64,000 nucleotides of DNA from Endomicrobiales bacterium (GTDB lineage Bacteria; Elusimicrobiota; Endomicrobiia; Endomicrobiales; JALOBY01): assembly GCA_963796955.1 (NCBI GenBank), contig CAWCNJ010000008.1, positions 192,001-256,000 of the forward strand. Reading direction: 5' to 3'. Positions 9,485 to 19,785 of this stretch are shown piece after piece (the stretch's first letter is position 1; each line of letters starts with the position of its first letter). The notes below the pieces were generated by a model that was not told the DNA's origin, made no database searches, and saw nothing but the letters and a program-made list of their open reading frames with translations. The translations under genes and the position numbers were made by a program.

Positions 9485-11486
9485 ATTCCTGATCCTGTTA
9501 ACCGGCCTGGTCGTGATCTTGCTGGCGCCCGCTCTCTTTCACCCTTCGTTGGTCATCGGCAATTACGGGGATCTTTTCCTGCATTATTACCCGTTAAAAC
9601 ATCTGGTCGCCGAACATATTATCACGGGCAGCATGCCCTTGTGGAACCCGTACATTTTTGCCGGTCAGCCGCTTCTCGCAAACCCGCAATCGGCAGTGTT
9701 CTATCCAATCACTATTCTCTTCAATTTTCTGCCGCTGCACTACGCCTTCACTGTTTTTTTCGCTCTGCATATGTGGCTGGCGGGCTTTTTCTGCTGGTTG
9801 ACACTCCGGTCTCTCCGGTGTTCTAACGGTGCTGCCGCCGCCGGTTCCATCGCGTTTGCGTTCTCGTCCTTTATGCTCTATAAGATCCCTGCGGGTCATC
9901 CCGTCGCGCTTTCCGGATTCGCCTGGCTGGCCGCTGCATTGCTGGCGGTGGAAGCGCTGAACGACATGGTCAGCGACACATGGGAAGGCGTGCATATTCT
10001 GCCGGTCTCATTCGCCTCATTAGTGTTCGCGGCGATATTCCTTTCGGGGCATTTGCAGCCGGTGGCCTCTTCCGTGGTTGTCGTAGTATTGCATCTGACG
10101 TGGCGCAGATTTGCTTACTGGAAGGAATTATCGATCGCCGTTCTTGCTTCGATGTTTATGTGCTGTTGCCAGTTACTGCCGACCCTTGAGCTTTCCCGTG
10201 TCGCCGAGAAGGGAAACTGGCCGCAATTAGTTAAAAGCTATTCCCTTGCCCCCCGTAATCTGATCAATATTTTGTTCCCGGATTTTTTTGGCAACATCCG
10301 CAGCGGAAGTTATATGTACCCGGATAAACCTTCATTTTTCTTTGAGTTACACGGCCTGTATTGCGGGGTTATTACCGCGCTGCTGGCGCTGACAGGCTTT
10401 TGGCGTACGGCACGTGCGCGGCGGCTTTTTCCGGCACTGCTCATAACGGCGGCCGTCTTTCTTTCGCTGGGGTTCTATAACCCTGTCTACAAGTATTTGT
10501 ATACTGTGCTGCCGGGCCTTGATTTTCTGAGGGTCCCGGCGCGTTTCTGGGTGGTAGCATTGCTCGGCATCGTTCTTCTGGCGGCAGCAGGATGGGATCG
10601 CTCGCTTAAGGAAGCCGCCGGCTCATACAAGATCCTTGTCATAGTATTACTTTCGGCTGAACTCCTTGGCTGGGGGCACCGGTTCATTTTCGCCGACCAC
10701 AGCGGAAAATATCGCAAACAAAGCGATCTCACCGTGCAAACCGGCCCGCGGTACCGCATTTTCACCGGTCCGGACATCCCGGCAGATCGTTCAATGGTGT
10801 ATCACCATTATAATCTGAACGGCTATGAGGCGGTCTTCCTCAGCAATTTCATCAGGTATCTGGGCGAACATCAACAGCATGTTTTCAATACTACCGGCAT
10901 TGAACAGCTTGATCTGGCCGATCCGCTGAACGCATCTTTTTGCGTTAAGTACGCGATACAGCCTTCGCCGTCCGGCAGTAACGAGATACTTGAACAGGCA
11001 AACATTTTGCCTCGTATATTTATAGCGAAAACCATCAAGCCTTTCGACGTAGAAGACCGTTTTGAAATTCCCGTGTATCTTCGCTCCTCCCGGCTGAGAG
11101 CGGATCAGGAGATCGCGGTCAGCGGGGTTCCCGCCGGTTTCCCGCCGGATGCGGGCTCATGGCAGGTACATTCATTTTCTGCTCAGAGCTGCTTATTGTC
11201 CGTAGAATTGGATCTTTCAAAACCCGCGGCCCTCGTTATTGCCGACACCTATTATCCGGGATGGCGCGCCTGGGCGGCCGGCACGCACTATCCGGTGAGA
11301 CAGGCCAATATGGCGTTACGGTGCGTTTTTTTACCCGCGGGTAGTTACAACAACGGTGATAAATTGCTATTATATTATCTGCCCCCGACCCATCAACTCG
11401 GCGTTATCGTTTCATTATTGTTTTTGCTGGCGTTGCTCGCAACAACTTTCGTGCTATTGAAAAGGAGAAACACCGCATTGCTATGA
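9477..11486 (+). CDS. Second YfhO-family membrane protein (GT-C-type); probable CTG start at 9477 (ORF track uses GTG 9513)
   Basis: GDL...YYP...G.MPLWNPY.FAGQPLLANPQSAVFYP, RVPARF, YYPGWRA motifs; paralog of the preceding gene. Confidence 0.8.
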   Translation: MRKFLILLTGLVVILLAPALFHPSLVIGNYGDLFLHYYPLKHLVAEHIITGSMPLWNPYIFAGQPLLANPQSAVFYPITILFNFLPLHYAFTVFFALHMWLAGFFCWLTLRSLRCSNGAAAAGSIAFAFSSFMLYKIPAGHPVALSGFAWLAAALLAVEALNDMVSDTWEGVHILPVSFASLVFAAIFLSGHLQPVASSVVVVVLHLTWRRFAYWKELSIAVLASMFMCCCQLLPTLELSRVAEKGNWPQLVKSYSLAPRNLINILFPDFFGNIRSGSYMYPDKPSFFFELHGLYCGVITALLALTGFWRTARARRLFPALLITAAVFLSLGFYNPVYKYLYTVLPGLDFLRVPARFWVVALLGIVLLAAAGWDRSLKEAAGSYKILVIVLLSAELLGWGHRFIFADHSGKYRKQSDLTVQTGPRYRIFTGPDIPADRSMVYHHYNLNGYEAVFLSNFIRYLGEHQQHVFNTTGIEQLDLADPLNASFCVKYAIQPSPSGSNEILEQANILPRIFIAKTIKPFDVEDRFEIPVYLRSSRLRADQEIAVSGVPAGFPPDAGSWQVHSFSAQSCLLSVELDLSKPAALVIADTYYPGWRAWAAGTHYPVRQANMALRCVFLPAGSYNNGDKLLLYYLPPTHQLGVIVSLLFLLALLATTFVLLKRRNTALL

Positions 11487-12463
11487 AAAAAAAGAATATC
11501 CAGTTGGCAGTCGGGCTGCTTATCGGCGGCATATTTATGTATATGACGCTGCGGCAGGTTGATTTCCACAATGTGGCGCATTACATTTCTCAGGCGAACT
11601 GGGGCTGGGCCGTCGCCGGCGCGTTTGTGTATTGTTCCGCCTTTCTGCTGCGCGCGGTCCGCTGGCAGCATCTTCTGGAACCGATCAAACCGATCGAGTT
11701 CAAAAAGTCCTTCGCGTACCTGATACTCGGTTATTTCATGAACAACGTGCTGCCCCTCAGGATGGGCGAGTTCCTGAGAGCCTTTTTTACCGGGACCAAG
11801 CTGGGTATCTCGCGCACCGGTGTTTTCGCGACCATCGTCGTTGAGCGCATTTTTGACGGCGTTGCCTATATCTGCCTGTTCCTGCTGACGGTGCTCATAC
11901 TGCCGTTCCCTCAATGGGCGCGCGGCTCGCTGATCGGCGGCTCGATATTGTTTTTCGGTGTGCTTACGATCCTGATATTGTTATCTCATCATCAGGAAAA
12001 GGTGATGAAACTGTACGCGTACATACCGGTACCCGCAAAAATAAAACCCCGCTTAGAGAAGATACTGAATAATTTTATTACCGGACTTTCGATACTCACC
12101 GACTGGAAAATGCTTTTGTTGGTGATAGTTGTTTCCATAGCCGTCTGGGCGATAGAAGGAACAGTGTTCTATATGTTCAGTCACGCCTTCCACTTAACCC
12201 TGAGTATCTTTCAGTGTTTTTTAGTTATGATCGTTATCGGCCTGGGCTGTATGCTGCCGCCGGCGCCGGGTTTCGTCGGGACCGTCGAATTCCTGGGCGT
12301 TACCTCTCTCTCCTTCATGGGAATTAACAAGAACCAGGCATTCGGATACATACTGGTGCTCCATTTCACACAGCTGCTTGCTATCTCGGTGCTGGGCGTG
12401 CGCACTTTGATAGTTGAAAAGATATCTTTTGGTTCGCTGCTGCAGGCGGGCAGCCAGGAGTAG
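11483..12463 (+). CDS. Lysylphosphatidylglycerol synthase TM domain (flippase-like, UPF0104) protein
   Basis: RAVRW, GYFMNNVLPLRMGEFLR, VVERIFD, PAPGFVGTVE motifs. Confidence 0.88.
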   Translation: MKKKNIQLAVGLLIGGIFMYMTLRQVDFHNVAHYISQANWGWAVAGAFVYCSAFLLRAVRWQHLLEPIKPIEFKKSFAYLILGYFMNNVLPLRMGEFLRAFFTGTKLGISRTGVFATIVVERIFDGVAYICLFLLTVLILPFPQWARGSLIGGSILFFGVLTILILLSHHQEKVMKLYAYIPVPAKIKPRLEKILNNFITGLSILTDWKMLLLVIVVSIAVWAIEGTVFYMFSHAFHLTLSIFQCFLVMIVIGLGCMLPPAPGFVGTVEFLGVTSLSFMGINKNQAFGYILVLHFTQLLAISVLGVRTLIVEKISFGSLLQAGSQE

Positions 12464-12464
12464 C

Positions 12465-13622
12465 ATGCAAAAAAAACAGGCAGTCGTTATGCTTTCGGGC
12501 CGTTTTTATCCGGTGTACGGCGGCGCGGAGCAGCAATGCCTGCGGCTCTCGAAAGAACTCATTAGATCCGGCCATGAAGCACTGGTACTTACCCCTTCCC
12601 TGCCCAACACCGCCCGCTCCGAGATCCTGGAATCCGTACCTGTGCACCGCGTCGGCCTGAAGGTACCCGGCCTTTTGGGTTCGCTTGCGTATGTGGTCTC
12701 CGGACTGCTTTGGCTGGTACGCAACAAAGATCGCTACACTGTCATTCACGCCCATCTGGCTTCTTCAACCGCTGTCCTCGCGGCCATAGCCTCATATATC
12801 ACCGGCAAACCGGCTATCGTTAAATTTGCCGGCGGGCGTGCAACAGGTGATATAGCAACCTCTTGCGCGACCTGGTATGGCACGCTCAAACTCAAGTTCC
12901 TTTCACGATATATTTCCGCCTTTGTCTGTCCAAATAAAGAGATCTTCCAGGAATTGACACGACATGGTTTTCCGGCCCAACGCATTTCAATAATCCCGAA
13001 CGGAATAGACACGAACGAGTATGGCCCCATCAGTACGGAAGAACGTCTAGCGTTCCGCAGGGAACTCTCTTTAGGCAATGCCGCATTTGTCACGGTTTTT
13101 GTCGGTAGGCTTGAGGCAGGTAAGGGAGTGGAGCAGCTTATTGATGCGTGGAAGCTTTTCAACAAGCCTGAAGCCGTGCTGTTGATCGTAGGCACGGGAA
13201 GTCGTAAGGAACAGCTTAAGGAAAGGGCGGGGGGAACATCCGGCATAACATTCGCCGGCTGGACGCAGCGCACGACCGCGTATCTGTCTGCGGCCGATTG
13301 TTTTGTCCTGCCTTCCTTCGGAGAAGGACTGCCGAATTCTCTTATCGAAGCTATGTCGCGGGGCATTGCGTGTATCGGCAGCGACATCGGGGGAATAAAC
13401 GAATTGTTAACTGACAAGGCCAACGGACTTCTGGTGAAACCAGGGGATGTTGCGGCTCTGGCGGAAGCTATTGCGGTCATTGAAAAAGACCCCGCGTACG
13501 CCTTAAAGCTCGGCGCTGCGGCGCGCGAGTACGTCTGTGCACATCTTTCTATCGGTATTATCGCGGGGAAATATCTGGAACTGTACAACGGGGTTTGCGG
13601 ACAACGAGGGACAACGGCTTAA
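12465..13622 (+). CDS. Glycosyltransferase family 4
   Basis: GGAE, IPNGID, FVGRL..GKG, PS.GEGLPNSLIEAM motifs; start after GGAG. Confidence 0.92.
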   Translation: MQKKQAVVMLSGRFYPVYGGAEQQCLRLSKELIRSGHEALVLTPSLPNTARSEILESVPVHRVGLKVPGLLGSLAYVVSGLLWLVRNKDRYTVIHAHLASSTAVLAAIASYITGKPAIVKFAGGRATGDIATSCATWYGTLKLKFLSRYISAFVCPNKEIFQELTRHGFPAQRISIIPNGIDTNEYGPISTEERLAFRRELSLGNAAFVTVFVGRLEAGKGVEQLIDAWKLFNKPEAVLLIVGTGSRKEQLKERAGGTSGITFAGWTQRTTAYLSAADCFVLPSFGEGLPNSLIEAMSRGIACIGSDIGGINELLTDKANGLLVKPGDVAALAEAIAVIEKDPAYALKLGAAAREYVCAHLSIGIIAGKYLELYNGVCGQRGTTA

Positions 13623-14707
13623 CGCAGGATATCCTGATACTCACGTACCATCTGCCCGACATCAAACTTTTGCAGCACATTTTCATACGCATTTCGCGAC
13701 AGTTCCTGTGCAAGAGCTGTGTCTGCTAATATTCTCATTATCCCGGCGCCTACCGCCTCTTTTGTAAACTCCTTAATAAGCAACCCGGTTTTTCCGTCGA
13801 TAACGATCTCCCTTGTCCCGCCCGGACAATCAACCGCTACCACAGGAACTTTGCAGGCCATTGCTTCCGGTATGACCAGAGGCAGCCCCTCATATATAGA
13901 GGTCATCGCAAAAACCTTCGCCTGCTGAACCCAGGGGAACGGGTTATCCATAAAACCGGTGATCGTCATTCTTACGCTGCGTTCCGCGGCATAGCGTTCA
14001 AGTTCTTTACGATCAGGGCCGTCTCCCACCAAGACAAGAGGGATGTCCAGGCCTTTGTTTTGCCGTATATATGCCACGGAATCTATCAACAGGCTAAAAT
14101 TCTTCTGCTTTTGCAATCTGCCGCAGGATACAATGTAGTCTTTAAGAGGCACCTGATACTCGTCCGCCTTTTTAGCCACCCAGCGCACATCACTGCTGTT
14201 ATAAATTACTTTTATTTGTTCTTCCGTCAGACCAAACTCACTTATCAATCCGTCTTTAACTGCCTTGGATACGGCGATCACCGACTTAGCTTTTGGATAC
14301 AGCATGCGCATAATGAACTTGCGAAGCCGGTGGAAAGAATGCAACTCTACATGTTCGTTCGTGATGACCTGCTCGCAGATAATGGTTTCCTGTTTTGTGA
14401 ACATCCCGGCGGCAAGGGCTATCGTATTCATGCCCCACATGACGGCCAATACCATATCAGGTTTAACGCGCCTGATCAGGGACACCAGCTTGAAAAAAAG
14501 GAATAGCGAGGCGGGGCGAAGGGGGGTACGGATAGCATGAACAGGGATATCGGCAGCGATCAGCCCCGACGCGCTGTCCGCAGGATCAACAACGCATAGG
14601 ACCGGCTCAAAACGTTCACGGTCCAGGTTATTAAGGATATAGCGTATCGTCCGCTCGGCCCCGCCGCCGGAAATACAGTAGGTGAAAAACAATACTTTCT
14701 TTTTCAT
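13619..14707 (-). CDS. Glycosyltransferase family 4
   Basis: GGGAER, GRLQKQKN, S.YEGLPLVIPEAMA motifs; start MKKK at 14707 overlapping the upstream stop. Confidence 0.92.
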   Translation of the reverse strand: MKKKVLFFTYCISGGGAERTIRYILNNLDRERFEPVLCVVDPADSASGLIAADIPVHAIRTPLRPASLFLFFKLVSLIRRVKPDMVLAVMWGMNTIALAAGMFTKQETIICEQVITNEHVELHSFHRLRKFIMRMLYPKAKSVIAVSKAVKDGLISEFGLTEEQIKVIYNSSDVRWVAKKADEYQVPLKDYIVSCGRLQKQKNFSLLIDSVAYIRQNKGLDIPLVLVGDGPDRKELERYAAERSVRMTITGFMDNPFPWVQQAKVFAMTSIYEGLPLVIPEAMACKVPVVAVDCPGGTREIVIDGKTGLLIKEFTKEAVGAGIMRILADTALAQELSRNAYENVLQKFDVGQMVREYQDILR

Positions 14708-15390
14708 TTCACTTTCTTTTGCACCACAAAAACAATGCATTCACCCGACCCGTGCGAACCCAGCCTGTTAAGAACACTTTTCAAGAACTCTATCGTCTTT
14801 CCTTTCCAGCTCAGGGTCGCATAATTGACCAGTTTCCTCGCATAGATCTTTAAGATATTGAAATGAGTTGAGAGGGTTCGCTGCAGTCCCGGCATATCGA
14901 AACTTTGAAGATGGCCCCAGCGGTGGAATGTGCATGCGCAGTGCGGGCAGACGGCTTGCTGTTCCGCCAACACCTCATTTGCAGGGACCGTTCCGATAAG
15001 TAATCCGTCTTTTGCCAGAACCCTGTCTATTTCCTGAAGGGTCTGGGTGAACGTCTCACTATCTAAGTGCTCGAATACCTCAGTTGCAACAACCGCGCCG
15101 AACATACCGTCGCTGAACGGCATTTTTTGTGAAAAGCCGACGACAGCTTTATCACCCATGGACAAACGGTCCCGTAAAGCTGCGATGCTTGCCTCGCCCG
15201 GATCAAGGGAATATATATCCACCCCGTTTTCTATGCATATAGCTTCCAGCAGGCCCGTACCGGCGCCGATATTCAGTACTTTTGAACCTTTCGGTAAAAG
15301 GGAAAACATGTGCCGCTGCCGGGCCATGGTCGTCGCAAATATCTCCGGCATCTCTGTTTGATAATATTCCCAGATATTTTTATGTTCCAT
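14704..15390 (-). CDS. Class I SAM-dependent methyltransferase
   Basis: VLNIGAGTG motif I, EVFEHL, RVL..DGLLIGTVP, CPHC. Confidence 0.88.
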   Translation of the reverse strand: MEHKNIWEYYQTEMPEIFATTMARQRHMFSLLPKGSKVLNIGAGTGLLEAICIENGVDIYSLDPGEASIAALRDRLSMGDKAVVGFSQKMPFSDGMFGAVVATEVFEHLDSETFTQTLQEIDRVLAKDGLLIGTVPANEVLAEQQAVCPHCACTFHRWGHLQSFDMPGLQRTLSTHFNILKIYARKLVNYATLSWKGKTIEFLKSVLNRLGSHGSGECIVFVVQKKVK

Positions 15391-16346
15391 TATGCCTCAG
15401 CAGCTGCACGCGGTGTTTTTCGCGCTATTATTTCCATCGAATCAAGGGTGTTGATATACAGGAATTTCTGCCCCAAATTCATCTTCGTTATCACCTTGTT
15501 CAGCAAGCCGCAGAGCGTTTTATTATAGTTGACCAGCCTGCTCAGCCAGTAGCCGTAGGTGAATATCCTGCCGAAGGATTTTACGAAGACCACTTCGAAA
15601 CCGGCGTCGTTGAGAAGTTTTTTCAGTGTCTCGGGAGTAAAATAATACAAGTGGGCGGCCCTGAGGCCCCACCATTTCCTGCCCAGCAACCGGGCGGAGA
15701 GACTATTCATGTTCGGGGTAACCATATAGACGATCCCGTCGTCCTTTAATATCTGGTGCACTTCCTTCAGTATTTCCTTCGGGTCCATCACGTGCTCTAT
15801 AAAATCTATCATGGTGATCACGTCAAAGGAGGCGCTCGCATAGTTCTTTTCATTCACACTGCAGCAGTCCACCGGCAGTTTTAAATTTTTGTTGGCATAC
15901 TCGACTGCCCACTTGGAAAGTTCAACGCCGGCCACATCGAAATTCAGCCGCGCCGCGTTCAGAAAGTAGCCGGTCGCGCAGCCGATATCCAGCAGCTTGC
16001 CGGATTTTTTGAATTTCTTGATCTTATCAAGGCAGAAGATAGCATTGATGCTGCGGCTGGAATCTTCTTCGCCGTATTCACGGTCCACGACCTGGCTGTA
16101 GGCCTGGTATATCTTATCCATCCTGGGGCGCGGGTTCGTGTAGACCAGGCCGCAACTGCTGCATTGCACTATCTGACCGTAGTTACCGTAACAATCCACT
16201 GAGGCCAGGTAATGGGACAGATCGATATCATCAACCTTGCCCGGGGCGCGAAACTTGATCGTGTAATCATTTTTACCGCACAAGTTGCAGCAGGTAGCCT
16301 CAGGGGAACTCACTATTTGCTTTTTTGTAGTTTCGTCATTGTTCAT
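15390..16346 (-). CDS. Class I SAM-dependent methyltransferase with N-terminal Zn-binding CxxC pairs
   Basis: CNLC...CSSC, LLDIGCATG, DFIEHV.DP, HLYYF. Confidence 0.9.
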   Translation of the reverse strand: MNNDETTKKQIVSSPEATCCNLCGKNDYTIKFRAPGKVDDIDLSHYLASVDCYGNYGQIVQCSSCGLVYTNPRPRMDKIYQAYSQVVDREYGEEDSSRSINAIFCLDKIKKFKKSGKLLDIGCATGYFLNAARLNFDVAGVELSKWAVEYANKNLKLPVDCCSVNEKNYASASFDVITMIDFIEHVMDPKEILKEVHQILKDDGIVYMVTPNMNSLSARLLGRKWWGLRAAHLYYFTPETLKKLLNDAGFEVVFVKSFGRIFTYGYWLSRLVNYNKTLCGLLNKVITKMNLGQKFLYINTLDSMEIIARKTPRAAAEA

Positions 16347-17926
16347 TTTACGGTCCCTTTGTTGAAGTACTGTCTTAAAAAACCGGTCACATCGTTCATT
16401 TCCCGAAGGCCGGCGGCTTTTGCTAGAATAAAATAAATTATCGTCCCGGCCGCAGCTGATACAAAGATCCCGGCCAGCCGGTTGATGACAGGATTAATTA
16501 CTATGGTCAGGTTATGTAAGGCACTATACGCGTATTTCACCCCTGCCGCGGCGATAGCGGATATAAAAATAATGATCAGGATCTTATTGAAGGTTTCCCG
16601 GTAATTTATACCCAGTCCGTTTATCTCCAGCGACTTGATGAAGAGCACGGCGGAGATCAACATGACCACGGATGTGGACAGGGCGATACCCGCCACGGGG
16701 ACCGGCATAAGTTTAATGAACAGCAGGTTTAAAACAACATTACTGAGCACGCCCATCGCGATGATCCTGAAAAGCACCTTGACGTTGTTCAACGCCATCA
16801 GTACTTTGCCGAAAATAAGCACGATCGTGTAAAAGAACAACTGAAAGGAATAGCACATCAGTAATATCGCCGTCAGGTGAACGGCCTCCGGGCCAAAACT
16901 GCCTCTTTTGAACAACACTGTTATGAGAGGTTCGGCCAGGATAATGCATAAAAAGGTCAAAGGTATGAAGATAAGGGCCGTCGTATTTATGCTTCGGGCG
17001 ATAGATGCTTTAAGTTCGTCAAACGAACTGCGCGCGATCTGTTGTGAAAAATAAGGAAAAATAGCCGAAGCGATGGAGGTGGAGAACAACGCTATCGGTA
17101 CCTGTATAAGTTTGTCCGCGTAGCCAAGGGAAGCGATGCTTCCCGGGGATAAGTACGATGCCATGACCCTGTCGACAACGGTATTCAGTTGTATCGCGAT
17201 CAATGTCAGCAGCAGCATTCCCGCCGGGTAGAGCTGTTCCAGCAGTCCCGACGACCGGTAGTCAAAATTCCACTTAAATCTATAACCCGTCGCCGTGACC
17301 AGACTGCTGAGCAGGACCAACTGCAAAATGAGCCCTCCCAACATGCCGGCGGCCAGCGTTTGCACGCCGAACTTATTGGAGAAAAGGCCTACCACAAAAA
17401 TGATCGACACCGTTACCAGTATTTGTGAAAAGTTCGCAAGTACAAAACGTTCGTGTGAATTATAAATGCCGGTATAGATACCTACCAGACCGAGGGGGAT
17501 TATCGTAAAGCTCAGAACACGCAGGGCCTTGGTCGCCAGCACGGACGTGCCGGGCGGAAGACCGTGAAAGAACAAGGCGATTATGAACGGCGCGAGGCTG
17601 AAGATCAACAGCGAGGAGACCGACAATATAATGAACGCGAAGGTTAACGTCGCAGATGCGAGAGCGTCCGCCGACTGCGGATCTTGCAGCTTTTTCTTTA
17701 TGAAAACAGGTACGAAGATAGTGGCGAAGGTGGAGGTAAGAATGACCGCCGTGAAGTTGGGGATAACCAGCGCCGCGTAAAACGCGTCCATACCCGAAGA
17801 TATGCCGAATTTCGACGCCACTATGATCTCTTTCAAAAGGCTGAGCACAAGCCCGATGATGCTGGAGAAGATCAACACGGTCGTAGCCGATGCTATTTTG
17901 CGGTTCGTGCTCAAAAAATACCTCAT
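16343..17926 (-). CDS. murJ: MurJ/MviN-family lipid-linked glycan flippase
   Basis: Highly hydrophobic; FG.S..MDAFYAA..IPN, VDR..AS.L..GSIASL.YA..L.Q.P, LFKRGSF motifs. Confidence 0.85.
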   Translation of the reverse strand: MRYFLSTNRKIASATTVLIFSSIIGLVLSLLKEIIVASKFGISSGMDAFYAALVIPNFTAVILTSTFATIFVPVFIKKKLQDPQSADALASATLTFAFIILSVSSLLIFSLAPFIIALFFHGLPPGTSVLATKALRVLSFTIIPLGLVGIYTGIYNSHERFVLANFSQILVTVSIIFVVGLFSNKFGVQTLAAGMLGGLILQLVLLSSLVTATGYRFKWNFDYRSSGLLEQLYPAGMLLLTLIAIQLNTVVDRVMASYLSPGSIASLGYADKLIQVPIALFSTSIASAIFPYFSQQIARSSFDELKASIARSINTTALIFIPLTFLCIILAEPLITVLFKRGSFGPEAVHLTAILLMCYSFQLFFYTIVLIFGKVLMALNNVKVLFRIIAMGVLSNVVLNLLFIKLMPVPVAGIALSTSVVMLISAVLFIKSLEINGLGINYRETFNKILIIIFISAIAAAGVKYAYSALHNLTIVINPVINRLAGIFVSAAAGTIIYFILAKAAGLREMNDVTGFLRQYFNKGTVK

Positions 17927-17948
17927 ATGGTCAAGTATAATACGGCTA

Positions 17949-17977
17949 ATTATACTAATTTAGCTTCGTTTTTACAA
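17949..17977 (-). promoter_or_regulatory. Sigma70-type promoter for the minus-strand murJ cassette
   Basis: On the minus strand: TTGTAA (17977-17972), 17 nt, TATAAT (17954-17949). Confidence 0.65.
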
Positions 17978-18002
17978 TTTGTCGCGGCGTATTTAAAGTT
18001 AA

Positions 18003-18031
18003 TTGATAATTGAATAAATACATGGTATAAT
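18003..18031 (+). promoter_or_regulatory. Sigma70-type promoter with extended -10 for the rightward glycan operon
   Basis: TTGATA (18003-18008), 17 nt, TATAAT (18026-18031) preceded by TGG. Confidence 0.7.
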
Positions 18032-18045
18032 TAACGAGTTTCATT

Positions 18046-19785
18046 ATGAAAGAACTATCAGGTATCACTACTATTTTAATCGTGATCGGGGCCATGTTGT
18101 TCGCTGGTTCAATATGTTTTATTGGCCAACCTGCGGGATTGCCGTCCCAGCGGCAAACGGAACTGGTATTTGGATCACCGGAAACCCTCAAGCAGCTCAC
18201 ACCCGTGCTTATTCAGTTACGGAATAAAGTCTACGAATCGTACAAAAACTCTTCTCTGATCAAAAAAAATTTTATACCGGGCAGTGAGCTGGTCCGGCTA
18301 TCGCTCAAAGGTGAGACTATCCTTGTTCCTGAAATTAAACTGCACGCAATGCGCTCCGCGCTGACCCAATCGCGTTATCCTGACGAACCGACCGTTATGG
18401 CGGCGTTGTCCAGGATAAATCCTAAACACGGACAATTCAATCCGCATTTTACACCGTACGGAGGGGTTTTGTTATACAGCTGCGGGGCGGCGATAATGGT
18501 CGCCTCGACCGCGGGCATACTGCGCGTTACCTCCGACATATCGTTTTATTTCGATCATCCGGCGGATCTGCAAAAATTATTCATAGTGCCGAAAGTGTGG
18601 GCCGCGCTTATAGGGCTGTTCGCCATCCCATTTATTCTGCTGCTTGGGAAGAACGCGTTCGGCGAGACTACCGGAGTACTTGCCGCGCTCTTTCTTGCTG
18701 TGACGCCGGCCTTCGGCGTAGAGGCGCATTGTTTGAAACCCTACTTGATCTTCCTGCCCTTCATGATACTGTCAATGTTCTTCGCTCTGCGTTCTCTCAA
18801 GGTGGCTAAACTCAGCAACTCCGTATACGCAGGTCTGTTCGCGGGGCTCAGCGCCGGCGCGCTTTTGTTAAGCGGCACCGTGATATTTGCGTTGATAGCT
18901 GCAACTTTCTTTAAACTGAGAGATGGTACAGCGGCTGAAAAACGCAGTGCGTTATCCGGCCTGTGCTGGGGGCTCTGTGCCGCGGTCGCAGCCTTTTTGA
19001 TCACGAACCCTTTTTACCTGCTGTCTTTTCACGATTTCGTCGCCGAAATGGCCGTAAACTCAAAGGAAGTCGGCTATTCCTTCTCCCTGTATAACGTAAT
19101 AACCCAGTCGTGGTGGGGACTACAGAAGACGCTCGGTCTGGCCCTTTATTTGCTTGTTGTGCCGGGCATGTTGTACGCCCTGGTTCGCCGTACCAGGGAA
19201 GACATGGTGCTTATCTCGGTACTGGTACCTTATTATATCTACGATCTTATCACGCTTTTCGTCAATCCGCATTACGATATGCCGATGGTGCCGGTCCTTC
19301 TTGTGCTGGCCGCGCGCGCGCTGTCGGCGGCGTATGATCGTCTTAAGCCCCGTTTCGTCGTTTCTGTCGCCGGTTCACTGCTCATAGCGGTTTCAGCAGC
19401 CAACTGCATTTATTATGCGACGGTCTTTGAACGGACGAATGATCTTTATTATAGAGCAGGCGAATGGATAAATACCACTATTGCAGAACAGTCAAGTATT
19501 TCGGCGGACGCCTATCCATACTTTTCAAGTCCCTCAGGCTACCCGCCGTTCCAGTTGCTGAATTATCAGATAAATACAAACGAATCTCCGGATTATTATC
19601 TGGTCATACGGCAAAAGAGTCCCTTTTCTAAACCAACCGCCCTTAACGCCGGTTATCAGCTGCTCCAACGTTTTGAATTATCGCCTGTTCCTCTTGACAG
19701 GTTGTTCTCGAACAACCTTGCTTATTTCGTCGGGCAGCCCATAGAGATCTACAAAAAACCGGAAAAGACCAATGCCAACAACTAG
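18046..19785 (+). CDS. GT-C fold glycosyltransferase (ArnT/PMT_2-like)
   Basis: YPDE acidic first-loop motif, FNPHFTPYGG, A.LFLAVTP, F.ITNPF; polytopic. Confidence 0.8.
   Translation: MKELSGITTILIVIGAMLFAGSICFIGQPAGLPSQRQTELVFGSPETLKQLTPVLIQLRNKVYESYKNSSLIKKNFIPGSELVRLSLKGETILVPEIKLHAMRSALTQSRYPDEPTVMAALSRINPKHGQFNPHFTPYGGVLLYSCGAAIMVASTAGILRVTSDISFYFDHPADLQKLFIVPKVWAALIGLFAIPFILLLGKNAFGETTGVLAALFLAVTPAFGVEAHCLKPYLIFLPFMILSMFFALRSLKVAKLSNSVYAGLFAGLSAGALLLSGTVIFALIAATFFKLRDGTAAEKRSALSGLCWGLCAAVAAFLITNPFYLLSFHDFVAEMAVNSKEVGYSFSLYNVITQSWWGLQKTLGLALYLLVVPGMLYALVRRTREDMVLISVLVPYYIYDLITLFVNPHYDMPMVPVLLVLAARALSAAYDRLKPRFVVSVAGSLLIAVSAANCIYYATVFERTNDLYYRAGEWINTTIAEQSSISADAYPYFSSPSGYPPFQLLNYQINTNESPDYYLVIRQKSPFSKPTALNAGYQLLQRFELSPVPLDRLFSNNLAYFVGQPIEIYKKPEKTNANN

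Noticed and set aside
12746..13588. Long antisense ORFs (280 aa here; also 51408-52271, 55103-55810, 52773-53378)
   Set aside because: They are shadows of well-supported + strand genes and have no recognisable motifs.
13619..17926. Invertible (phase-variable) DNA segment
   Set aside because: No terminal inverted repeats or recombinase seen; the overlapping stop codons suggest a fixed arrangement.
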